From contig CAXXLK010000002.1 in the NCBI GenBank assembly GCA_963667755.2, positions 928,118 to 968,117 on the forward strand: DNA of 40,000 nucleotides, given 5' to 3'. A program made the position numbers and the translations under genes. Shown one piece after another: positions 1-9,848 of this stretch. Source of the DNA: Desulfobacterales bacterium. GTDB taxonomy: Bacteria; Desulfobacterota; Desulfobacteria; Desulfobacterales; 4572-123. The notes under the pieces were generated by a model. It did no database searches and was not told the origin of the DNA. It saw nothing but the letters and a program-made list of their open reading frames with translations. The first letter of the stretch is position 1, and every line of letters begins with the position of its first letter.

Positions 1-1081
1 GTCCGATCGTAAGACCGCGGGTTCTTTGGAGCTCTGCCTGAAACTGGGAGAGCACGACGCGAAGATTGGCCTTTAGTAAATAGTCTTCGCTCAGGCCGGT
101 AAATCCGGCGAGTTTCTGCGCAATGTCCGCTGCCTCGGTGCTGCTGAGCTTCGAGCCTTTCATGAGGGCGGCGGCGTACTCTGCGGATGCAAACCGCCGT
201 GCGTCATCCAGAAATGCGTTCAAATCGTCGGGGCGGTCTTTGAGGATGGTGTAATACCACGCCGCAGCCGCATATGTCGGAATGTAAAAAATGTAGGATC
301 TGTCATCGCCGGGACTAAAAGAAAGCGTTCCCATATCGAGGACGCTGGAGATCAGGACCATGCCGTTGATAGATATTCCGTCGTTGGATTGCAGATATTT
401 GGCGAGGGCCACGGAGCGAAACGTTCCGTAACTTTCACCGATAAGGAATTTCGGCGAATTCCAGCGGTTGTTGCGGCTTATATAACTATTGATGAACTGG
501 GCCAGCGACTTGACGTCCTGATCGACGCCCCAGAAATCCTTCCCCTCAGCGTTTCCGACCGCACGGCTGAATCCCGTGCCAATGGGATCGATGAAGACAA
601 GATCGGCCTTATCGAGCAGTGTACCCTCGTTGTCCACGATTCTGTATGGAGCAGGCGGTGTTGCCGCCGCATCGTCTGTCGCAACACGCATAGGTCCGAA
701 AGCGCCCATGTGCAGCCATATTGAAGACGACCCGGGACCCCCATTATATATGAACGCAATGGGTCGCCGGGAGAGATCTTTCACATCGCTGCGTGTGTAC
801 GCAGTCGAATAAATCAACGCGGTCGGCAGGTCTTTGTCGTCTTTGAGCAAAATGGTAGAGGCAGTGGCTTTGTACGGAATCGATTTTCCGTCGATGCGAA
901 TTTTGTGATCGGTGATAGATGACTCCTCTTTTGGCGCCGGAGCTTCTGCCTTGGCCTTGCTGCCAGAGGTTTTTGACCCGGCAGAAGCGGTCTCTTCCGG
1001 TATCTCCTGAGCCGTATTCTGGGCGATCCACGCAAAAATAAGAAGTAAAGCAATCATGCAACACGATAAGGAACGTTTCAT
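1..1081 (-). CDS. Secreted S10-family serine carboxypeptidase-like hydrolase (3' end runs off the window)
   Basis: Absent from the ORF track because it leaves the window. My minus-strand translation from the ATG at 1081-1079 gives MKRSLSCCMIALLLIFAWIA (signal-peptide-like), then FIYNGGPGSSSIWLHMGAFGP and FLIGESYGT. These are the NGGPG(S/C)SS and GESYxG motifs of peptidase family S10. The frame stays open to position 1. Confidence 0.75.
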   Translation of the reverse strand, partial: MKRSLSCCMIALLLIFAWIAQNTAQEIPEETASAGSKTSGSKAKAEAPAPKEESSITDHKIRIDGKSIPYKATASTILLKDDKDLPTALIYSTAYTRSDVKDLSRRPIAFIYNGGPGSSSIWLHMGAFGPMRVATDDAAATPPAPYRIVDNEGTLLDKADLVFIDPIGTGFSRAVGNAEGKDFWGVDQDVKSLAQFINSYISRNNRWNSPKFLIGESYGTFRSVALAKYLQSNDGISINGMVLISSVLDMGTLSFSPGDDRSYIFYIPTYAAAAWYYTILKDRPDDLNAFLDDARRFASAEYAAALMKGSKLSSTEAADIAQKLAGFTGLSEDYLLKANLRVVLSQFQAELQRTRGLTIG

Positions 1082-1189
1082 CCTCAGACTCCTTTGTCAT
1101 TAATGGGCCTTTAAAGCAAAGGCCTTCCGGTTCATGGGGAATTAGATTCAGGCAACCCCTTTCTTAAATATTAACGCAATATTTCTACC

Positions 1190-1649
1190 TTATTCCCCTT
1201 GAATCAGATTGGCCTCTATGGCAACTTCAATATCTGCACAAGCCGAGACAGTATACTGCGATTTATAACCAACAAACCCCTCGGTTAGCGCAATTTGCCT
1301 TTTATTAATAGGTGAATCATGCGCCATCCATATTGTTGCCGGTTTCTTGAATATTGTCAGTTGGTCGATTTTTCGAAGTGTTCCCTCGAAACCTTAACCG
1401 CCAGGCTCAACGAATTAGCCAATTTCCTGAAAACCCGAAATATCCGAGTTGTTAAAAAAATCCGCTATCGACATCTGATTGATTATGCTGCGGACTAGAA
1501 CGACCCCTCCATTCATGTCGCAAAATCCAGGGTCTGGGCTCTCAGGCAATTTTACCATTTTCTGACACTTTACCGGATCGTCTCTGAAAATATCGCTTCA
1601 GCGGGTTCTTCGTCAGATGCTTTCTTGCATTGTAAGAGAGGTGGTTCAT
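1190..1649 (-). pseudogene. Decayed gene of unknown family (two in-frame TAA codons plus one frameshift)
   Basis: The minus-strand frame reads ...DDPVKCQKMVKLPESPDPGFCDMNGGVVLVRSIINQMSIADFFNNSDISGFQEIG[TAA 1415-1417]FVEPGG[TAA 1394-1396]GFEGTLRKIDQLTIFKKPATIWMAHDSPINKRQIALTEGFVGYKSQYTVSACADIEVAIEANLIQGE, with the stop at 1190-1192. The N-terminal part (MNHLSYNARKHLTKNPLKRYFQR, ATG at 1649) is in another frame. No ORF of 60 aa or more is listed for 1100-1750. Confidence 0.4.
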
Positions 1650-1749
1650 GGTGTGGCTTCCAAACGCGCCGAACCAGATTATAGCTTTTAAGCTGATTAA
1701 TATAGGAAATATTCAGTTGCTTATCTTTGTCAAATCCCAAAGGTATGAA

Positions 1750-2289
1750 TTACCATTCATAATCATCAGGGATGGGAAACTCGGCATAGGGATCGTCAGG
1801 AGCCAGCACTTTAATTGCTGATGAATTAAGAAGGATCAGAGATTCGAATTTGCGATCCTGAATCTGACAGGCGGCTTTTGCCGGGACAACGGAATATCGC
1901 TCATCCTGCTTGACAAGGGCCATTTTACCGTTACTAAGACCTTCACGAATTTTTTTATCGACATAGAGCTTTTTGATCTTGTTGTTGTCGACAAAATGAA
2001 AAGAAATATCACCCTCGACTTCAATCCGGTTTTGTTTGATTATCTGTCTTATCTGGCTCTGAACTTCTTTTTCCTTAGCCGCCTCCTTGTGTTGACAATT
2101 CAACTCTTTTTCACGGACCGACTTCTCATGGCGAGCCTGTTGCCTTTTTTTTTTAATTTCATCAGCTTCCTGCGTTTTTCTAATTCTTTTTTTCGCGCGG
2201 GAAATATTCGGCTCATGGCTTGCTTTATTGACCTGCTTTTTGGTCACCAAACCTTTTTTAAGAAATTGCTCCTTAAATGGATTGTTCAT
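1750..2289 (-). CDS. DUF2058 (YaiL-like) protein
   Basis: 179-aa ORF. It has the pattern I recall for E. coli YaiL: N-terminal FLKKGLVTKKQ, a Lys/Glu-rich middle, IEVEGDISFHFVDNNKIKKLYVDK, and a C-terminal DDPYAEFPIPDDYEW. Confidence 0.7.
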   Translation of the reverse strand: MNNPFKEQFLKKGLVTKKQVNKASHEPNISRAKKRIRKTQEADEIKKKRQQARHEKSVREKELNCQHKEAAKEKEVQSQIRQIIKQNRIEVEGDISFHFVDNNKIKKLYVDKKIREGLSNGKMALVKQDERYSVVPAKAACQIQDRKFESLILLNSSAIKVLAPDDPYAEFPIPDDYEW

Positions 2290-2683
2290 GAATGTTCACC
2301 TCTGTCAATTCACAGGTATTCAGTTTTGTCCGACCGGCTTGCCCATGCACCCGGATATTCGATGCGAAGCGGACGTGATATACGTTCTGTTTATTACAAA
2401 GATTGAATCGAGTAAAGGGCCAAAAGCGGCATTGGCCCCCTTTCTGACCCAACAAACATATGCGTCTTAGTCGGCATCAGCCAGGGACGGGAATGCCATG
2501 GGCACGCGGTGCCAAATCCCCGTCGCCCCGAGTCCAGGTTGGCGCGATTTTTGAAACATACCCTATTATGCATTATTATGCATTCGATCAAAGATATGCG
2601 CTGCAGACGCTAAAGGATGATGATCCGGCCGGCTCCGGCTTGTCCGGCCCGGGTGTCGGCCGTTGATTTTTCCAACCCGCGGT

Positions 2684-3958
2684 CTACTCTTTTTTACCGC
2701 TGTCATGTAACGCCCACATATCTTCGTCGGTGAAACAGCGTTCACTTTCATCCGGGTTCATGGCGTCTTTTTCCATTTTGCGGCGGTCATAGGCCGGGTC
2801 CAGCACTTCATTATAGTATTCATGCTGTATTAAAAGATTCATGATCTGGCTGGTTCCGGTCCATATCATGGCCAGCCGGATGTCCCGCAAGGCTCTTTCG
2901 ACGGGGTAAACATCGGTATATCCGATACCCCCCATGATTTGCATGGCGTTGTTGACCACCGCCCAGGCGGATTCAGTGGCAAACCGCTTGGCCTCACTGA
3001 CCAGGCGGCGGGCATTGGATGCGTTTTCATCCACGGCCCGGGCCGCCATGTAGGTAAGGCTCCGGGCGGCATCGAGCTGGGTAATGGAATCGGCCACCAT
3101 GAAGTTGATGGCCTGAAATTTTTTAATGGGGCGGCCAAAGGCCCTGCGGCGGTTGGAATATCGCACGGCCAGGTCCAGGGCACCCCAGACCCCGAGGCAT
3201 CCGGCGGCAGAGGTCAGCCGCTCGGGAATCATCATCTGGTTAAAGCAAAAGGCCCCGCCGTGAAGCTCACCCACCAGGTTTTTTTTAGGAACGATGACAT
3301 CCCGGAACACCAGCCGGCCGGTACCGCCGCCCCGGCAACCCATGAGGCCGTATAGATAGTCGACTTCCACCCCCGGTCCTTTTTCGATGATCAGGAGACT
3401 GAGGCGGCCGTATTTATGGGCGTTTTCATCAAAGTTGGTGCGGCAGTACACCAGAAAAAAATCCGATCCTTCAGCCCCCACCACAAACCGTTTCTGGCCG
3501 TTGACCACAAAGTGATCCCCTTTAAGATCGGCCCGGGTAACAGCCCCGAAAAAATCCGATCCGCCTCTGGGTTCGGTGAGGGCCTCGGCGGCCACGAGTT
3601 TTCCTTCCAGGTAGGGCTTCAGGTATTTTTCTTTCTGTCTCTCGGTGCCGAACACGTTAATGGCTTCACCGACGATGGACGGCATGACAAACGCGCAGCC
3701 CAGGGCCATGCCGAGGCAGCCGATCTCTTCGGTGGCGGCCACATCGGCCACCCAGTTCATGCCCCGCCCCCCCCATTTTTCCGGAAAGCGGATACCGCGC
3801 AGGTTTTTAGCCGCCAGTTTTTCCACAAACTCCCGGGGATAGGCGATTTCGTCCTTATCCATCTGACGCAGGAAATCGCTGCTGATTTCGTTTTGGGTAA
3901 ATTCTCTGGCCTCTTTTTTGATGGCCTGTTCATCGGGTGTTAAAAGAAAATCGTACAT
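2684..3958 (-). CDS. Acyl-CoA dehydrogenase family flavoprotein
   Basis: 424-aa ORF with ACAD-typical segments: GCLGMALGCAFVMPSIVG, ALTEPRGGSDF, and IMGGIGYTDVYPVERALRDIRLAMIWTGTSQI. It terminates in TAG (2684-2686). Confidence 0.85.
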   Translation of the reverse strand: MYDFLLTPDEQAIKKEAREFTQNEISSDFLRQMDKDEIAYPREFVEKLAAKNLRGIRFPEKWGGRGMNWVADVAATEEIGCLGMALGCAFVMPSIVGEAINVFGTERQKEKYLKPYLEGKLVAAEALTEPRGGSDFFGAVTRADLKGDHFVVNGQKRFVVGAEGSDFFLVYCRTNFDENAHKYGRLSLLIIEKGPGVEVDYLYGLMGCRGGGTGRLVFRDVIVPKKNLVGELHGGAFCFNQMMIPERLTSAAGCLGVWGALDLAVRYSNRRRAFGRPIKKFQAINFMVADSITQLDAARSLTYMAARAVDENASNARRLVSEAKRFATESAWAVVNNAMQIMGGIGYTDVYPVERALRDIRLAMIWTGTSQIMNLLIQHEYYNEVLDPAYDRRKMEKDAMNPDESERCFTDEDMWALHDSGKKE

Positions 3959-3982
3959 ATCCTCCTCCTTTGAATGCGTTAT

Positions 3983-5653
3983 TTAATCTTTATTTAATCC
4001 TTTCAGCCCGGCCCGGCAGGCAGCGGCAAAGTCTTCCGGATAATGACCGTTGATCCATCGGAGCTGAGCTTCGCTGAAGGCACCGGGAGATTGGGGAAGA
4101 CGGGGCAGAAATGAATATAAAAGCCGTTGGCCCTTTTCAGGATCATCGATTCTTTTGGAATACTCGATGACGGTGATCATCTGTGCCCCCAAGGCGTTCA
4201 GGGCTTTCATGGCCGTCCACAATCCAGTATCAAGGGAATCTCTCACCTGGGCATCGGCCTCGACGATATTGCCCACCGGGCCAAGGGTCATGAGCTGAAG
4301 TTCCCACTGGGAGGTCTGGGCTTTGGGTACAAACAGGATGATGTTTTTATCTTGATACACGATAAGTTCCGATGGCCTGCCGGTGTTTCCATCCATACGG
4401 CGGTTGGTGAAAATGGCATGGGTATAGGCCTTGAAAAAGTCGGCGCCTGTTTCCTTGTGATATTCACGGATAAATTGACGGACAAGGTCTCCGCATGCAT
4501 AGGCGGGAAGAAGGGGCCCGGTTTTCTCGTCACCGGGGCTGTCGGGGACCGCGGCCGGAACCAGGGCATACTGCTGGTGGACCTGCTGGTGGGATGCATG
4601 CAGGCGGTACTTACTGGGTGAATAGTCAAACCCGAAATTCCAACCCCATAGGGTGGCGTTGAAGTTGAGCCCGGTTTCCGGGCACCGGGCCAGTTTATGG
4701 ACAATGGCCGTTCGCAGCGTTTCCAGTTCGTCTGCCGTGAGCATTTTTGGCATCGCAGGAAGCGCCAACGCCAGTTCACCGGCCAGTTGGACAACGGTTC
4801 TCTGATAATATAAATGGCGCATGGATTTCATATCGGCAAGGGTCAGGTCCGCTATTCGATAGCGCACGGCATCATGGGCCATGTTGGCAGCATAATGTCC
4901 CCAGGGGATATAGGAGTTGGCGCGGAGATATTCAAATACATGGCTGTCTGTATCCGGGGCGTTTATTTCGCCGACGATTTCGCTGGTCCCCTGAACCCCT
5001 GGTTTCAAAACCATAACGGTTTTATAATCATCGGGAATGAAAAAATTATTGGCAAGGGTTTCAAAGAGCCGCCTGTTTTTAATCACGGGCCGGGGGCTGC
5101 CGTTTTCCCATGGCTGATAGGGCATCCCAACGGGCCTTCCGGTTTGCTCATCGCGGATAAAATCGCAACAGGCATCAGCCATTATTTCAAGATCTTCAGG
5201 GTCGGTGGAGCTGGTTGCCAGGGCCAGCAGCAGGGGAGGGGGCAGGCTTAAAATAAGTTTGGCGACATCTTTTGAACGGATATAACCGGATTCGGCCCAA
5301 CCCGTCATGATATTTGACAGGGAGATCGCAGGTTTTTTGGGCAGCCGGATACCCGATATGGCTTTAGCGTTTTTATCGGCCCAGGCCTTGCCGATATAGG
5401 TGGTGCCTCGGAACGGGAACGGATTGGGAATTTCATATATGGGCATCGCTGAACTTGCCTGAACCGGTCCATGGGGAAAATTGGCGGTATTGAGCAGGGG
5501 CGTGCCGTCGGCCAGGGTGCCCAGGGGGGCCGCCACGTGGCCTTCACGCAGATTCTCTACCTGGTATTCGGGTTGGTGTAAGCCAAACACAAAAGCGCCC
5601 CGGGGGGTTACGCAGGTTCTGATACGCATGATCCTTTCCTTTTCTCCCGCCAT
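3983..5653 (-). CDS. Uncharacterised 556-aa protein with a distant GalT/HIT-like C-terminal half-domain
   Basis: Long ORF sitting 24 nt upstream of the ACAD gene. LFVPKAQTSQWELQLMTL...IVEADAQVRDSLDTGL resembles the VVPYWAAWPFETLLLPK...ITDLTDAQRSDLA segment of galactose-1-P uridylyltransferase. LHASHQQ is a possible degenerate HxHxQ motif. The true start may be the second ATG at 5629 (MRIRT...), which follows GGAAAGG. Confidence 0.6.
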   Translation of the reverse strand: MAGEKERIMRIRTCVTPRGAFVFGLHQPEYQVENLREGHVAAPLGTLADGTPLLNTANFPHGPVQASSAMPIYEIPNPFPFRGTTYIGKAWADKNAKAISGIRLPKKPAISLSNIMTGWAESGYIRSKDVAKLILSLPPPLLLALATSSTDPEDLEIMADACCDFIRDEQTGRPVGMPYQPWENGSPRPVIKNRRLFETLANNFFIPDDYKTVMVLKPGVQGTSEIVGEINAPDTDSHVFEYLRANSYIPWGHYAANMAHDAVRYRIADLTLADMKSMRHLYYQRTVVQLAGELALALPAMPKMLTADELETLRTAIVHKLARCPETGLNFNATLWGWNFGFDYSPSKYRLHASHQQVHQQYALVPAAVPDSPGDEKTGPLLPAYACGDLVRQFIREYHKETGADFFKAYTHAIFTNRRMDGNTGRPSELIVYQDKNIILFVPKAQTSQWELQLMTLGPVGNIVEADAQVRDSLDTGLWTAMKALNALGAQMITVIEYSKRIDDPEKGQRLLYSFLPRLPQSPGAFSEAQLRWINGHYPEDFAAACRAGLKGLNKD

Positions 5654-5788
5654 GGGTAATTCTCAAAAAGATAAATCCGATCGACTAATAGCCGCGTACT
5701 TTTTTCAGGTATGCCTTGAGATCTCTGTCTATATCCCTATAAAGCATCATATGGGTTGCCAATTCCAAACAGCGAGGCATCAGCCAGT

Positions 5789-7240
5789 CTAATCCACGAG
5801 CAGACTCAGTTTCTTCAGGATCGGATCAAAGTGCTGGTTGACGTGTTTATAGACGGTATCATTGATCCGGTTATAAAATGCCGTGTTTTCAAGGTTCGGG
5901 ATGAATTCATCATCTTTTCGAACCATCCTTTCGATGGCTTCAGAATAGGAATCAAACGCCCCGACAGCCATGCCCGCATTGATGACAGAGCCGATGGCGG
6001 CGGACCCTTTGACCTGATTTCGACTGGTCGGGATACCGAATATGTCGGCGAAAATCTGCATGAACAGTTTACTGTTGGCCCCGCCGCCCGAAATGACAAG
6101 GCGTCGGACAGGCTCATCCAGGGCCCGACTCATTTTATCCATGTGGTTTTTTACGGTAAACGCGATGCCTTCCAGAATGGACCGATAGATGTGGGCCCGG
6201 GTATGGCGCCCGTCAAATCCAAATATCACGCCTTTGCGGTACACCGCTTCTACAGGGGGGGCCCAGTCATGAACCGTCAACAGGCCTTCGCATCCGGCCG
6301 GGACTTTTTCCGCCTCCCGTTCGAACAATTCTTCAATGGTGATGCCCTGTTTCCCGGCTTCATCAACGATTTTTTCGCCGAATTGATCACAAAACCAGCT
6401 GATGGTCCACATGCCGCGTCGAACGCCGACGCATTCATACAGGTACTGCCCGGGAACAGAGGCCTGAAACGACCAGAAGCCTTTTGGGTCTTTGATATGC
6501 TCTCGGCCGTTCATCAGCGCGCCGATATAGGTCCCCAGGGAAACAAGTCCGGTGTCCGGCTCAAGGGCTCCGGCGCCTAAAGCTTCCACAGCCTTGTCAT
6601 GGGCCGTGGCCACAACCGGCAACCCTGGCGGAATGCCGATCATCTTTGCCGCTTCAGTGGTCAGGTACCCGAGTATCTCCCCGGGTTTCACACAATCGAA
6701 CAGCATTTTTCGAGGCACATTGCACTGTTTGAACAGGACGTCGTTATCCGTCCAGGTCAACGTGCAGTCATCCATGGGCCACCATCCGATATAATTGGCA
6801 CAGGTATCTTTGAATTCGCCTGTCAGACGGTGGGTGATATATCCCGACGTTGTTGTCACGTACCGGACATCGCCATAGGCGGGATGGTATTCGTAGGGCG
6901 TATTGAGACGTTTGTCCATCCAGTCGATCACCGGATAGGCCAGTTTCCCGTTTTCCTTGAGCAATACCCGGCAGCAGCGGATGACGCATACCCCCATGGC
7001 CAGAATATCATTTACCTTTCCGCCGACATCCCCGTTGAACTTGGCCATCACCCGATGAAAGGCGATTGTAAGCGAATCCCAGAGATCGTCGTCCGGATGT
7101 TCTGCCAGCTGGGGTGCCGGTATATTCATTTTGCGTAATGCCTGCCTGCCTTCGCAGACAATATTGCCATACAGGTCGGTTATGATCACCTTGGCGCTCT
7201 GGGTGCCGACATCCACCCCCATCAGATATTTACTGGTCAT
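5789..7240 (-). CDS. FGGY-family carbohydrate kinase (xylulokinase/glycerol-kinase-like)
   Basis: 483-aa ORF. The N-terminal YLMGVDVGTQSAKVIITD phosphate-1 motif and the C-terminal LVISGGGANSKLFMQIFADIFGIP motif are typical of FGGY kinases. It terminates in TAG (5789-5791), with a TGA two codons downstream. Confidence 0.85.
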   Translation of the reverse strand: MTSKYLMGVDVGTQSAKVIITDLYGNIVCEGRQALRKMNIPAPQLAEHPDDDLWDSLTIAFHRVMAKFNGDVGGKVNDILAMGVCVIRCCRVLLKENGKLAYPVIDWMDKRLNTPYEYHPAYGDVRYVTTTSGYITHRLTGEFKDTCANYIGWWPMDDCTLTWTDNDVLFKQCNVPRKMLFDCVKPGEILGYLTTEAAKMIGIPPGLPVVATAHDKAVEALGAGALEPDTGLVSLGTYIGALMNGREHIKDPKGFWSFQASVPGQYLYECVGVRRGMWTISWFCDQFGEKIVDEAGKQGITIEELFEREAEKVPAGCEGLLTVHDWAPPVEAVYRKGVIFGFDGRHTRAHIYRSILEGIAFTVKNHMDKMSRALDEPVRRLVISGGGANSKLFMQIFADIFGIPTSRNQVKGSAAIGSVINAGMAVGAFDSYSEAIERMVRKDDEFIPNLENTAFYNRINDTVYKHVNQHFDPILKKLSLLVD

Positions 7241-8844
7241 GCTCGGTTTCCGGTGTCAGGGTTTTTGTTTATTTCCAAGGAATCCGGCATATTCCCCGGA
7301 TTCCATAATTCCTGAGGATCAAGCTGCCGCTTCAGGCAGCGGATAAGTTTCAAACGGTTGGGCAACGGCATGGATCGAAACAGGCCTTTCCTGATTTTGC
7401 CGGCCCCGTGTTCTGTAACGACACTGCCTCCCAGGGCATCGATCCGTCTGGCCCAGTTTTCAATAAGTCGTTGTCCCCGATCAAATTCCCGGTAATCCCG
7501 GGGCAGTATATTGACATGCAGGTGTCCATCGGCCGCATGGCCGAAAATGGCGGCCTTGAGTCCGGATGCCGCTAAATCGGTTTGATACAGGGCTATCAGT
7601 TCAGACAGGGAGGTGCCTGTAAGGCGCATGTCCGTCCCGAGTTTGGTTATTCGGGAATCGGTCTGTCTTGCCATGTCGATGAGTCGATTGACCGCTTCCG
7701 GAGCGCCACGGCGGAACAGTCGCAGCCGCTCGGTTTCCATCTTACCGCAAGCGGCCCAGGTTGCGGCGGGATCGCAGCCGGATTCGGCGGCCGTTTCCAT
7801 CAGCCATTCACACAAAGGGTCGATTTCTTCAGCGCTGTTGCCGTGGATTTCCATATACACGGCAGTGGTAACGCTGTGCTGCCAATCCGGCAGGTCTTTC
7901 AAACGGGTGTTTACCTGCTTGAATTCCCGGATACTCTCAAGTGTGGTGTGATCCATTAACTCAATGGCCACGATGCGGGTGGCGGATTGGGCTTTCGACC
8001 GTTGATTGACGGATTCAACAAACGTTACGGCCCCGGACTGATCGTTGAAAAAAAAGACGATGCCCCACAGCTCGCTGGGAAGTGGCTTCAGGGCTAACGT
8101 CAGCTCGGTGATAACGCCAAGCATGCCCTGACTTCCCAGATACAGATCTAATAGATCCACAGTCGAACCGGGATCAAGGTCTGTCGGATCCAGAGGCAGT
8201 GTGCCGTTCCCCGGCAACGGGCACAGGCCGTTTGAAACAACATACTCACCCCTTGCAATCGAATGGCCGTGTCCTTTGCCATCAACAACCCGTATGCTTT
8301 TTATATGGTCACCGGCCGGTCCGTAATGGTGTGCGCAGATGCCCCTGCTGTTGCTGGCGGCAATGCCGCCGACAGATGCCGACGATTCGGATGGATCGGG
8401 AGGCCAGAACAGCCGGCCCGCCTCCTTAAAGGCCCTAAACGCGGTGAGTGCCTGTATGTCCCAGTCCGCCGTATCAAACCGGCGGTTTTCAAGCCGGCAA
8501 TCAAGTTCCGAAAGAAGGATTCCCGGCTCAACCCGTATGGAAACGTTGCCGTCCTGATCCTGTTCCAGGCCCGTTACCCGGGCCATTTTAGACAGATTCA
8601 GGATATGGCCCCCGGCAGGTACGGCGCCACCCGTGATCCCGGTTCGGCTGCCCTGGACAGTGATCGGGATTTGCCGCTCGAACAGGGCGCTGACAATCTC
8701 CCGGACCTGGGCTTCGCTCCGGGGAAAGGAGATGCTTTCAGCGTTGCCGGAGGTTCTGGACTCATCTGTCAAATACTCATTGTAAAGGGCCTCCAACGGT
8801 AGGATTAACTTGTCAGATTGGTCTGTCGGCATTGTCTCTTTCAT
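7237..8844 (-). CDS. FAD-binding PCMH-type oxidase/dehydrogenase (GlcD-like)
   Basis: 535-aa ORF with VQGSRTGITGGAVP...ILNLSKM...VEPGILLSEL and SVGGIAASNSRG motifs of FAD-linked oxidases. Its stop overlaps the FGGY start as ATGA (7237-7240). Confidence 0.8.
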   Translation of the reverse strand: MKETMPTDQSDKLILPLEALYNEYLTDESRTSGNAESISFPRSEAQVREIVSALFERQIPITVQGSRTGITGGAVPAGGHILNLSKMARVTGLEQDQDGNVSIRVEPGILLSELDCRLENRRFDTADWDIQALTAFRAFKEAGRLFWPPDPSESSASVGGIAASNSRGICAHHYGPAGDHIKSIRVVDGKGHGHSIARGEYVVSNGLCPLPGNGTLPLDPTDLDPGSTVDLLDLYLGSQGMLGVITELTLALKPLPSELWGIVFFFNDQSGAVTFVESVNQRSKAQSATRIVAIELMDHTTLESIREFKQVNTRLKDLPDWQHSVTTAVYMEIHGNSAEEIDPLCEWLMETAAESGCDPAATWAACGKMETERLRLFRRGAPEAVNRLIDMARQTDSRITKLGTDMRLTGTSLSELIALYQTDLAASGLKAAIFGHAADGHLHVNILPRDYREFDRGQRLIENWARRIDALGGSVVTEHGAGKIRKGLFRSMPLPNRLKLIRCLKRQLDPQELWNPGNMPDSLEINKNPDTGNRA

Positions 8845-9848
8845 CCATCCGTTCCGGATCCAGGGTGGGTGGGAAGGGTCTTGTCGGTTTTTTCCGTCAG
8901 GATGACCTTTTCCAGTTCCATGAGGATCGGCAGCATCTCCCCGACAAGGCCGACATGGGCAATCTGAAAGATCGGGGCTTTGGGGTCTGTATTGATGGCC
9001 ACGATAAAATCACTGGCTCTGATTCCGGCAGTGAAAACAGCGCTGCCGGAAACACCGGCTATAATACAGAGCCTTGGTGACAGGATCAAGCCGGAAGCAC
9101 CGATCAGGCGGTTCATGTCGGTCCAGGCGTTCATCACCACCGGACGGCTGGCGCCCAACCCAGCTCCGATACGGGCGGCAATCCCTTTTATGCGATCCAC
9201 GGTTGCTTTATCGCTTGCCCCCTGACCCACGACAATCACCAGATCCGCATCTGCCAGACCGGTATTGGATTGGTCCGGAATGGTCACGGTTGCCTTCACC
9301 CAATCGCATTGCGCCTCGTTCAGTGTGATGATTTCCGTGTTGTGCCCTTGCAGCGGGACCATTTGCATCGGCCGGCACGGTTGTTTTGCCATTGCCAGGC
9401 AATAGGGGGGCTGGGTCAGTATAAATGTTGCCTTTAAATTGTTTCCATACACCGGTTTTGTGACCTTGACCGTGTCACCGGCCGGACAATAGGATAGGGT
9501 CTGAAGACAGGCGTTTCCGTTGAGCCGATGGGCCAGACGCGTGGCCAGTTCCTGGCCCAGTCCGCCACTGGGAAACAGGATCAGATCCATGGGAAGACGG
9601 TCTGTTAATTGTAACAGTAATTGCAGATACGATTCGGGTAAAGGGGCATCATGCTTGACGGCCACCAGCTTGACGGCTGACAGTGAACAGTCTAACCCGG
9701 GAAGAGATGCGGGCGGTGCCCCCTTGTAAAAGAGCCACAGGGCCACACTGTGAAAACGGGGGGCACTGTCCTTGAGGCGTGCATTGATATCACCGGTCTG
9801 CTGCTGTATGGAGGCACTGTCCAGGAACATCACAATGGCGGCTTTCAT
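8841..9848 (-). CDS. etfA: Electron transfer flavoprotein alpha subunit (FixB/EtfA-like)
   Basis: 335-aa ORF. The C-terminal FAD domain reads GASRPVV...IGASGLILSPRLCIIAGVSGSAVFTAGIRASDFIVAINTDPKAPIF. ATGA overlaps at both ends. Confidence 0.85.
   Translation of the reverse strand: MKAAIVMFLDSASIQQQTGDINARLKDSAPRFHSVALWLFYKGAPPASLPGLDCSLSAVKLVAVKHDAPLPESYLQLLLQLTDRLPMDLILFPSGGLGQELATRLAHRLNGNACLQTLSYCPAGDTVKVTKPVYGNNLKATFILTQPPYCLAMAKQPCRPMQMVPLQGHNTEIITLNEAQCDWVKATVTIPDQSNTGLADADLVIVVGQGASDKATVDRIKGIAARIGAGLGASRPVVMNAWTDMNRLIGASGLILSPRLCIIAGVSGSAVFTAGIRASDFIVAINTDPKAPIFQIAHVGLVGEMLPILMELEKVILTEKTDKTLPTHPGSGTDG

Noticed and set aside
5756-6580. 274-aa plus-strand ORF, and similar antisense ORFs (9942..10592, 20578..21246, 33018..33698, 33548..34153, 35084..35800, 12147..12791)
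   Set aside because: Each is fully embedded opposite a confidently assigned gene (FGGY kinase, etfB, permease, mtbB, mttC, SDR). Their compositions are low-complexity or skewed, so I treat them as shadow ORFs.
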